Origin: an uncultured Acidobacteriota bacterium | GTDB taxonomy: Bacteria > Acidobacteriota > Thermoanaerobaculia > UBA5066 > DATFVB01 | DNA length: 64,000 bases | Direction of reading: 5' to 3' | Assembly: GCA_963813155.1 (NCBI GenBank) | Contig: CAWEYG010000003.1 | Location: forward strand, 672,001 to 736,000 | In this document: positions 9,616-16,860 of the stretch, in pieces | Numbering within the stretch: the stretch's first letter is position 1 | How the letters are laid out: each line of letters opens with the position of its first letter | Notes under the pieces: generated by a model | What the model saw: the letters and a program-made list of their open reading frames with translations, nothing else | Databases searched by the model: none | What the model was told of the DNA's origin: nothing | Made by a program: the position numbers and the translations under genes

Positions 9616-9715
9616 AGGTTTCCCCTTTTTACCGGGGCCTCGCCTCGGCATGTAAAATTGTTGTCCAGATATTAACACGCCCGCTCCGCGAGGACGGAAA
9701 GGCTTCGCGATCGCG

Positions 9716-10255
9716 CTACGTTTCCTCGATCAGCGCGAGCAGTTTCGTCATCGTCGTCAGGTTCCGCGCGGTGCATTCGCGGCCGAGGCTCTTGCTCGCC
9801 GCCTTCCACAGCCGGCTCTCGACGATTCCGTCCGCGCACCAGAGGTATGCGACGCGGGACCCGAGGGCCAGTGCCTCCGGCCCCCATCGTTCTTTCGCGA
9901 GCGGTCTCAACCGCGCCAGGGCCTTCGGATCCGGAAACGCGAGCACGAGCAGGCGGGCAGGATCGTGCGCGATCGAAGCGAACGGATTTTTCCGGACGGC
10001 CGCCGCGACATCGCTCCCCGTCAGCACCGTCACGCGCGTCGACACGCCGAGTCGAGCCGCGATCGCCTTCTCGATCCGCATCGCCGCGTCGCCGGAGGGT
10101 CCCTTCGGAACGGTGAACACGACATTCCCGCTGTTCAACAGTGTGCTCACGTCCGTGTAGCCAAGCGCTTCGACGAGCTGGCGCAGATCGGCCATTGGGA
10201 CGCGCTTCGCGCCTCCGACGTTGACCCCGCGAAGAAGCGCAACGCGCCGGTCCAT
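9716..10255 (-). CDS. DUF1697 domain protein
   Basis: VALLRGVNVGGAKRVPMADL, TLLNSGNVVF and C-terminal TARN.TT..KL signature. ATG 10255. Confidence 0.9.
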   Translation of the reverse strand: MDRRVALLRGVNVGGAKRVPMADLRQLVEALGYTDVSTLLNSGNVVFTVPKGPSGDAAMRIEKAIAARLGVSTRVTVLTGSDVAAAVRKNPFASIAHDPARLLVLAFPDPKALARLRPLAKERWGPEALALGSRVAYLWCADGIVESRLWKAASKSLGRECTARNLTTMTKLLALIEET

Positions 10256-10272
10256 GACCGCTGCCGGCCCGC

Positions 10273-11133
10273 TCAGGGCCTCCCTCCCGCCCTCTGCCTC
10301 GCGAGTTCGGCTCGAAAGGCCTGCTCGGTCCTGGCGACGAACTTCGCGTACCCGTCGGGGTCGAGGAACGGCGAAGCGGCGCCCTCCTTCATCCTGGCGT
10401 GCTTCGCCTCCATGTCGAAGTAGGAAGAGTGGGCGCCGAGAAAGTAGTCGCAGGGAAGCGACCTCAGTACGCGGAACATGCGTTCGTAGTCTTCCGCGAT
10501 CTTCGGGTAGAGCGAGTTCTGGACGAGGTCGTAGCCCGGATTCACCCACGGGCCGCCGACGATGACGACGTCGCGAGCCTTGCCGCCCTCGTTCACTTTC
10601 ATCGTCCACGTCGTGCAGCCCTTCGTGTGCCCGGGCGTCAGGTGGGCGACGAGCACCGCGTCCCCGAGCTTCACTTCGTCGCCGTCGTGCAGGACGCGGT
10701 CGACTCTCGTGGCCTCATAGCGCTGCGCCGGATCGTTTCCGTACTGGAAATCGGTCGCCCCGCCCGACTCCACGGCCGAAACGTCGGCGTCCATGACCAT
10801 GTAGCGGGCGCCGGTCATCCGCTTGACCAGCGCGCTTCCGGCGACGTGATCGGAGTGCGCCTGGCTGATCAGCAGGATCTTGATGTCGCTGAATTGGAAC
10901 CCCAGCTTTTCGATGCTCGCGCGGACGAGAGGCACGTTCTCTTCGTAGGTGGCGTTGATCAGGATATTCCCCTTCGCCGTGACGACGAGATAACTCGAGA
11001 GACCCCTCGTTCCCACTGAATAGAGGTTCCCCGCGATCCGGAACGGGGGAAAGGGCTCCTTGTCCGCGCTCCCCTGCGCGGCCGCCACGCGAGCGAGCGC
11101 GACAAACGTGAACAGAGAGCTCGCGAATCTCAT
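10273..11133 (-). CDS. Subclass B3 metallo-beta-lactamase (Q-variant metal site)
   Basis: Signal peptide; PFRIAGNLY.VG, DIKILLISQAHSDH, HLTPGHTKGCTTW, CDYFLGAH, PF.DP.GY - the L1/FEZ/GOB/THIN-B-like pattern. Confidence 0.9.
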   Translation of the reverse strand: MRFASSLFTFVALARVAAAQGSADKEPFPPFRIAGNLYSVGTRGLSSYLVVTAKGNILINATYEENVPLVRASIEKLGFQFSDIKILLISQAHSDHVAGSALVKRMTGARYMVMDADVSAVESGGATDFQYGNDPAQRYEATRVDRVLHDGDEVKLGDAVLVAHLTPGHTKGCTTWTMKVNEGGKARDVVIVGGPWVNPGYDLVQNSLYPKIAEDYERMFRVLRSLPCDYFLGAHSSYFDMEAKHARMKEGAASPFLDPDGYAKFVARTEQAFRAELARQRAGGRP

Positions 11134-11283
11134 GCGGTCGCGTTCTGTCCGATTCGCCACATCCACAGCTTGATCTCAATCGTCTTCAGATTCGGCACAA
11201 TCTCCCTTCCGCAATCGCCGCCATGCATAAAAGCATAAGCGTCCGCATCGCTTCCCGGGCGACATGATATTTGTCTCTGCTCG

Positions 11284-12024
11284 ATGAAGCATCTGGGAAT
11301 TCTCGCGCACTCGACCGAAGGGGCCGCCCTCTGTTTCCTGGCGTTCTGCCAGGAAGGATTCCGGGAGCTCGGCCCCCACCAACACCCGGACGTCACCCTC
11401 GATTGCATCACCATGGCCAGGAGCATGGCCGCCTGGGACGCTGCCGACTACGCGAGCATCCGGAGAACCCTCCGGGAGAGCGTCGATCGGCTGGCCCGCG
11501 CGGGCGCGGACTTCTTCGTGTGCCCGGACAACACGGCCCATCTCGCGCTGGAAGAGCCGGGAGACGCCTTCGCGCTTCCGGGGCTGCACATCGCCGAGGT
11601 CGTCGCGGACCGCGCCGCCCGCGACGGGCGCAGGCGAGTCGCCGTCCTCGGCACGAAGTACACCATGCAGGGGCCGATCTATCCCCGGGAGCTTGCCGGC
11701 CGCGGGATCGCGGCGGAAATTCCGGAAGCGTACGACCGGCTGCTCATCAACAAGATCATTTTCGACGAGCTCGTGGCCGGGGTCTTCTCCGACAGCTCGC
11801 GCGCCGAGCTCGTGCGCGTCATCGGCCAGATGAAGGAGACCGGCTGCGACGCGGCCGCGCTCGTCTGCACGGAAATCCCGCTGCTTGTCACGCCCGAAAC
11901 GTCGCCGCTCCCGACGCTGGATTCGACCCGGCTTCTGGCTCGCGCGGCGTTCGAAGTCTCCGTCGGGAGACGGCCCATGCCCACATGGAGGGGCGGCCCG
12001 CGGAACGAGCCCGATCCCGCCTAG
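11284..12024 (+). CDS. Aspartate/glutamate racemase family protein
   Basis: AGADFFVCPDNTAH, LHIAE, VLGTKYTM, LVCTEIPLL, LDST motifs. Confidence 0.88.
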   Translation: MKHLGILAHSTEGAALCFLAFCQEGFRELGPHQHPDVTLDCITMARSMAAWDAADYASIRRTLRESVDRLARAGADFFVCPDNTAHLALEEPGDAFALPGLHIAEVVADRAARDGRRRVAVLGTKYTMQGPIYPRELAGRGIAAEIPEAYDRLLINKIIFDELVAGVFSDSSRAELVRVIGQMKETGCDAAALVCTEIPLLVTPETSPLPTLDSTRLLARAAFEVSVGRRPMPTWRGGPRNEPDPA

Positions 12025-12494
12025 CGGCGAGGAACGGGTTCATACGCGGTGCACTCGAGCTCCACTCGAGCTCCCAGGACGAGGCCACTGGCCGCGAGCG
12101 CGCTGCGCGCCGGAAAGTGGCGCGGGAAGTACTTTCGATAGACCTCGTTGAAGGCAGGCCACTCGCGCATGTCCGCGAGAAAGACCGTGCACTTCACGAC
12201 GTCGTCCATCGAGGCGCCGTGGCGCTGGAGGATCGCCTGGATGTTGTCGAGCGCTCGCGCGGCCTCGGGCCCGATGCCGCCCGGCACGAGCTCGAGTTTG
12301 CCCGGCACGTTCCCGATCTGACCCGAGAGAATCAGGAAGTCTCCCGCGCGAACCGCCTCCGAGAACGGAAGCGAATGCTCCGCGGCCCCCGGCGACGAGA
12401 GGAACTCCGCGGGACGGGGTGGGCGCGACGGAGCCGACGACTGGCACCCGAGCGCGAAAACCACGAAAGGAAGAAGAAGCGCGGCGCGTTTCAT
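12021..12494 (-). CDS. RidA/Rid family (YjgF/YER057c) protein with lipoprotein signal
   Basis: PFSEAVRAG, LSGQIG, VVKCTVFLAD, FNEVY..YF...PARS, VELEC. N-terminus MKRAALLLPFVVFALGC carries a lipobox. ATG 12494 chosen over 12503. Confidence 0.88.
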   Translation of the reverse strand: MKRAALLLPFVVFALGCQSSAPSRPPRPAEFLSSPGAAEHSLPFSEAVRAGDFLILSGQIGNVPGKLELVPGGIGPEAARALDNIQAILQRHGASMDDVVKCTVFLADMREWPAFNEVYRKYFPRHFPARSALAASGLVLGARVELECTAYEPVPRR

Positions 12495-12547
12495 TCGAGG
12501 CATGCTAATCGACGCTAGGGATCATCACGATGCCGTTCCTTCGCTTC

Positions 12548-12697
12548 TCAATGTCTCTTGAAGTACTGGATTTCTCTCTCGTGCTTCTCGGCGACGGCTC
12601 GCGATTTGAATGTCCCCAGGTTCCGCCGCTTCCCGGTTTTCGGGTTCTTCTTTCGCGAGTACAACCGGAACTGGCCGGACTTGAGCTTTCGGATCAT
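12548..12697 (-). CDS. Small basic protein, 49 aa (below the ORF-track cutoff)
   Basis: My translation: MIRKLKSGQFRLYSRKKNPKTGKRRNLGTFKSRAVAEKHEREIQYFKRH*. ATG lies 1 nt after the upstream stop. It resembles a conserved small bacterial hypothetical family as I recall it. Confidence 0.75.
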   Translation of the reverse strand: MIRKLKSGQFRLYSRKKNPKTGKRRNLGTFKSRAVAEKHEREIQYFKRH

Positions 12698-12698
12698 C

Positions 12699-13146
12699 CT
12701 AGAGAGCCGGCATGGGGCTCGCGGGAGCCTCGCTCGCCAGCTCCACGAGCTCTTTTTCCGTGTCCGCCGCGCTCAGGCCGAGCCACGCGCAGGCCGTGCC
12801 GAGGGCGTTGAAGACGATGGACTTTCCCCCCTGGCGGGCGTACAGCTCGTCGAACTTCGCCGCTTTCCGGAACGCCTCGTCGGCCACGATCGCGACTCTC
12901 AGCGTGTCGATCCCCGGATGCTCGTCCGTAGAGACTCGCGGCCTTCTCGAGCACGCCGGCGTCGATCGAGCCGTCGAGAGAGACAAAGCGCAGGTCGCAG
13001 AGTTGCCGGCCTTCCGGAGCGGGCGGCCATCCCGGATCGGAGACGAGACTCCGGACGTGCGCGAGAAACTCCTCCGCCGTGACTGGCCCGCTCCACCGCG
13101 TGAGAGCGAGTCGCCGGTCCCTGTCGATTCGGTACGCGATGCTCAT
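12699..13146 (-). CDS. STAS/SpoIIAA-like hypothetical protein, frameshift near 12927
   Basis: N-half YRIDRDRRLALTRWSGPVT...QLCDLR (ORF 12694..13146) joins C-half RVAIVAD...IVFNALGTACAWLG (ORF 12699..12986). Confidence 0.65.
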
Positions 13147-13177
13147 GGCTACGAACCAGAATTATACCGACCCGAGT

Positions 13178-13684
13178 TTAAGATTCGGTCAAGATCGAGC
13201 GTTCGAGCACCTGCTCTTCGGTGAGCCCGTACAGCGGCGGAACGGAAATGCCGCGCATCGAAGCCATCATGTAGAGCTGCCCCCGATGATGCGCCTCGTG
13301 CTCGGCCATCGCGCGAAGCCACTTCCATGTCGTGATCGGAGTCCCCGCGGGCGTGAGGCACTTGCGCTGAAGATCCTCGTCTGTGAGCGCCCGGAACACC
13401 GCGAGCGACTCCTCGTGACAGCGGCCGACGTATTCCCGCACGGCGGAGATCCCGCTCGCGAGAGATGAGGCGTGCCCCGGGTACGTGCTCGGGCGGCCCT
13501 GGACATTCTCGGCGTACATGTAGCGCTCGATTCCGGCGAGATGGCGAAACAGATCGCCGAACGTGAAGCGCCCCGGCGCGTGCGTCCACTCGAGATCGGA
13601 TTCTGGAAGGCGGTCGAGAATGCGCATCGTTCGAGACCGCGCGTTCACCCAGTAGTCGGCGAAGGAAGCGGCGGAGTCGATCAC
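13178..13684 (-). CDS. DinB family protein
   Basis: TFGDLFRHLA...E and AEHEAHHRGQL three-His pattern. Confidence 0.9.
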   Translation of the reverse strand: MIDSAASFADYWVNARSRTMRILDRLPESDLEWTHAPGRFTFGDLFRHLAGIERYMYAENVQGRPSTYPGHASSLASGISAVREYVGRCHEESLAVFRALTDEDLQRKCLTPAGTPITTWKWLRAMAEHEAHHRGQLYMMASMRGISVPPLYGLTEEQVLERSILTES

Positions 13685-13710
13685 TGCGTCACCGACTTCT
13701 CAACGGACTC

Positions 13711-14046
13711 TTAGCCTTCCAGCAATACCGCAAGCTTGCCCAGGACCTCGGCGCTCGCGCTCTCCGGCAATCGAGCCGCAAGCTGCACCTCTCGCGCGCG
13801 CCAATCGAGACTCTTCACCTGATCGGCGAGGACGACACCTTCGACAGGTAATCCGACGGGAAGTGCGACTTCGAATGGATAGCCCTTCGCCTGACTCGTG
13901 ATGGGGCAAAAAAGGCCGAGGCCGACCTTTCCGTTGTAAGAACGAGGCGAGACGACGACGGCGGGTCGGCGGCCCGCCTGCTCGTGCCCCGCCTGGGGGT
14001 TGAGCGTGATCCAGACGACGTCACCGCGTTCCGGAACGTATGGCAC
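13711..14046 (-). CDS. mazF: MazF/PemK endoribonuclease toxin
   Basis: YVPERGDVVW..NPQAGHEQAGRRPAVVVSP..YN, CPITSQ.KGYPFEV, DQVKSLDWRAR; closely follows the E. coli MazF pattern. Confidence 0.95.
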   Translation of the reverse strand: MPYVPERGDVVWITLNPQAGHEQAGRRPAVVVSPRSYNGKVGLGLFCPITSQAKGYPFEVALPVGLPVEGVVLADQVKSLDWRAREVQLAARLPESASAEVLGKLAVLLEG

Positions 14047-14050
14047 GGCG

Positions 14051-14290
14051 CTACCACGCCTCTCGGCCGGCGGCCGGACCGCTTTCGACCTCGGAATGCA
14101 GATTCTTCTTCTTGACGCCGGCGAGCAGCTGGCTGAGTCTCCAGCGCGGTCGAACAGGCGTCAGGCGCACTTCACCCTTCTCCATGGAAATCTCGACTTC
14201 GGACGACGCGAGCAGACCGGCTCCCTCCGCGAAGGGTTTCGGAATTCGAACCGCCAGGCTGTTGCCCCATTTCTGCACCCGAGTCTTCAC
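14051..14290 (-). CDS. mazE: MazE/AbrB-fold antitoxin
   Basis: VQKWGNSLAVRIP, L..LL.GV...NLH.E...G...GRE.W; directly upstream of mazF with a GGAGG SD. Confidence 0.93.
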   Translation of the reverse strand: MKTRVQKWGNSLAVRIPKPFAEGAGLLASSEVEISMEKGEVRLTPVRPRWRLSQLLAGVKKKNLHSEVESGPAAGREAW

Positions 14291-14299
14291 AGATCCTCC

Positions 14300-14320
14300 G
14301 TATCTACAATGAGTCTACAG
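14300..14320 (-). promoter_or_regulatory. Putative MazEF autoregulatory operator
   Basis: GTATCTACAATGAGTCTACAG just upstream of the mazE SD; resembles the alternating-palindrome operator of mazEF loci as I recall it. Confidence 0.5.
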
Positions 14321-14336
14321 AGGCTTCTGCGCCAGG

Positions 14337-14795
14337 TCAAGACGCGGCGTCGATCTCATGATTTCTCGCATCGATTTCGAATGGGGCTGAGCCGTATCCC
14401 GCGCTGACGACTTGGGCGAGATAGACGGGCAGGAACCCCGCGATCCCTCCGTGCGACTCGTACTGGTGAACGTGGCGGCACTCGTGGGAGAGAACACGAG
14501 TGTCCATGTACCCGGTTTTCAGGAAGATCGCGTAGCCGAGAGTCAGCCCGATCATTCCCGGGCCGAGAAGTCCGATCTGGGCGGCTGCGGCGCTGAGCTC
14601 GGGATCCTCCGGCATCGGAAGCGCATCGACGACTCTCATGCGGATTTTCTCGGGCGACAGGACGCCGACCCGACGGGCGACCTCGAGACTACCCGGCGGC
14701 AGCGGGTCGCCGATTGCCAGAGCTTCAAGGGCTTCATGCTCCGCCCAGGCTATCGCTTCCGGGACAAATGCCGAGAGGGAGCCTCGCAAATCCAT
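14337..14795 (-). CDS. HExxH-containing hypothetical protein (DUF4157-like zincin)
   Basis: GLTLGYAIF...LSHECRHVHQYE...PFEIDAR. ATG 14795. Confidence 0.7.
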   Translation of the reverse strand: MDLRGSLSAFVPEAIAWAEHEALEALAIGDPLPPGSLEVARRVGVLSPEKIRMRVVDALPMPEDPELSAAAAQIGLLGPGMIGLTLGYAIFLKTGYMDTRVLSHECRHVHQYESHGGIAGFLPVYLAQVVSAGYGSAPFEIDARNHEIDAAS

Positions 14796-14830
14796 CACTC
14801 CGTGCCCGGGTGGGGAAACGGCGTCCACTC

Positions 14831-15367
14831 TCACCTTCCCCCAAACGGGTGAACCCACGTCACGACGACGGAAATGAACGCGGCCGCCTCGACGACGCTC
14901 GCAGCCAGCAGCACGAACCGGGCGGAGCGGCGAGGCACGACCAGGCCCGAGACCAGAAACAGCAACCCGAACATCGGCGCGGCGAAGATCCGGAGCACCG
15001 CGTAGCCCGCCCAGCCGTGCCGCGCGACCGCCGGGCCCGCGGCGCGCTCCGTGAAGTAGTCGATACCGGCTGCCAGCGCCGTCGCGGAGATCAGGATCGC
15101 CGCGATCGACCAGAGCCTCCAGAACCGCGGATACGGCCTCAGGAAGAACAGCGCCGCTCCCGTCGCGGGGATGGAAGCGATCACGAACACGGCGAGGAAA
15201 AGGATGCTGTCGCCGAACGCGAACATCCCCCCGTAGGTGCGCCGATCGGGCCCGCTCGTGGCCGCGACATGCAGAGCGACCGCAGCCATCGCAATGCCAA
15301 AGGCCACGCCGTATCCGGCGAGGACGAGGCCAACTTTCGCGAGTGGCTTCAGGGGGGTCCCCCTCAC
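14831..15367 (-). CDS. Integral membrane hypothetical protein (about 5 TM)
   Basis: GTG start overlaps the upstream stop (GTGA); hydrophobic segments; GGMFAFGD motif. Confidence 0.65.
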   Translation of the reverse strand: MRGTPLKPLAKVGLVLAGYGVAFGIAMAAVALHVAATSGPDRRTYGGMFAFGDSILFLAVFVIASIPATGAALFFLRPYPRFWRLWSIAAILISATALAAGIDYFTERAAGPAVARHGWAGYAVLRIFAAPMFGLLFLVSGLVVPRRSARFVLLAASVVEAAAFISVVVTWVHPFGGR

Positions 15368-15714
15368 CGGACTTCGCAGCCCTCCCCGGGGGAGGGTGGG
15401 CGGGCCAGCGGTGGACTGCGCACCGGTGAGGCCAGGAAGGGCCGGTGAAGCACGAGGACGACGGCCACTCTTCCTGCGAGAAAAAAGAGGAACGCAATCC
15501 CGAACTGAGTGCGGAGGCGGACAGTGACGCCGGCGTATTTCTTCAATAGCCACGCCGTGGCCGGACAGGCCGCGATCCCGGAGCACATCGCGAACCAACC
15601 GTTTGTGACTGGGAGCGGCCCTTCGTGGATGAGGAGCATGAGGCCGCCCACGCCTGCAAGCAGGAACCACCCCCAGGCCACGATCCGGGCGACCACGAGC
15701 CCGACTTTTCGCAT
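15364..15714 (-). CDS. Small membrane hypothetical protein
   Basis: Three hydrophobic segments; TAAAAT box 7 nt upstream of the ATG. Confidence 0.55.
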   Translation of the reverse strand: MRKVGLVVARIVAWGWFLLAGVGGLMLLIHEGPLPVTNGWFAMCSGIAACPATAWLLKKYAGVTVRLRTQFGIAFLFFLAGRVAVVLVLHRPFLASPVRSPPLARPPSPGEGCEVR

Positions 15715-15750
15715 ATCGCGGATTTTAGCGCGGGGGGGTGAGGACCGACC

Positions 15751-16686
15751 CTAAAACGGCAAAGTCTCGTCTTCGTCCGCCCCCGGCTCCGGCAGCGCGG
15801 GCGGATCCTGGCCGAGCATCTTGCGAATCGCGTTGATCGTGTACGGAGCGCTCCCCTCCGCGCGGTTGTTGACGATCAGGAAGAAGTCCTTCTTCTTCTC
15901 TTCCGCGAAGCGGGCGATCTTCGCGGCGTCGGCGCGCATCTCCGGGTGGGCATCCTGGATCCTGTCGTACGGCGTGAACATCTTCACGGCGTCCGCGTAC
16001 TCGCGGCCGGGTGCGACGAGGACGCGCGAGATCAGAAAATCCGACTCGTCCAACCCCGGGACTTCGAACTGCCGCGAGAGCGGCGGCATGTAGGTCCACC
16101 AGTTCAGGACATGCGCCGCCCCGTGGGAGCGGAGCATCGCGAGGTACTCGGCGTCGAGGTATTCGGCCGTCCGGATTTCGACGGCGTAGCGGTGGCCGCG
16201 CGGCAGAGCGGAGAGGAATCCGTCGAGGCGGCCGCGAAACTTCGCGCGGCTCTCCGGCGTCGGGCTCCACTCGCGCCGGAACTCGAAGACGAACGGGCCG
16301 AGGTGGTCGGAGAACCCTTCTTCCGCCGGGCCGAGCACGAACGTCTTGAACGCTTCGACGTTCAGGAAGTTGGGGTTGTCTTTTCCGCCGCGGTCGCCCT
16401 GGCGCTCGATCTTCGGAAAGCGCTCGCACGAGAGCTCTTCCCAGACCTTCGAGACAACCGGGAATCCCGACGGCAGCGACGCGGCATAGCGCTTCCACTC
16501 GCGCGCGTTCTGCGGGCGGTAGAACGTGAAGTCCGCCTCGACGGTTTCGAAACGCCCGGAGCGGGCGTACAGCGCGAGGCGCTCCGCGGAAGAAAGCTTT
16601 TCCGGTGAGCTCGCGGGATACACGATCCCATGCCAGCCGGGATAGTTCCAGGTCGCGGTGCCGATTTTCGTGTATGCGAACTGCAC
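15751..16686 (-). CDS. DUF72 (YecE-like) domain protein
   Basis: IGTATWNYPGW.G.VYP, LY...FETVE.D.TFY, YAVEIR, VNNRAEGSAP. Likely GTG start at 16686. Confidence 0.88.
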   Translation of the reverse strand: MQFAYTKIGTATWNYPGWHGIVYPASSPEKLSSAERLALYARSGRFETVEADFTFYRPQNAREWKRYAASLPSGFPVVSKVWEELSCERFPKIERQGDRGGKDNPNFLNVEAFKTFVLGPAEEGFSDHLGPFVFEFRREWSPTPESRAKFRGRLDGFLSALPRGHRYAVEIRTAEYLDAEYLAMLRSHGAAHVLNWWTYMPPLSRQFEVPGLDESDFLISRVLVAPGREYADAVKMFTPYDRIQDAHPEMRADAAKIARFAEEKKKDFFLIVNNRAEGSAPYTINAIRKMLGQDPPALPEPGADEDETLPF

Positions 16687-16860
16687 GATCGAATTTTTAC
16701 ACGGATGTGCTTCGCTCAGCCCGATTCGCGGCCTGAACCCCAGCGCCGGCTCGGCCAGCGGGTCCTGTCGCGGGGCCGGCGAGCGACCCCCTGCATTTCG
16801 CTTGTGGGATAATTCAGCACCATAACTCCCGGAAACGGATCGAACGCTCGGAGGCACAAC

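Noticed and set aside
11222-11238. ATGCATAAAAGCAT dyad as a LysR/AmpR box for the beta-lactamase
   Set aside because: The spacing does not fit T-N11-A cleanly and no LysR gene is adjacent. Too weak to call.
4318-15714. Integron or attC cassette array
   Set aside because: No tyrosine recombinase, and no repeated RYYYAAC...GTTRRRY palindromes in the intergenic gaps I inspected.
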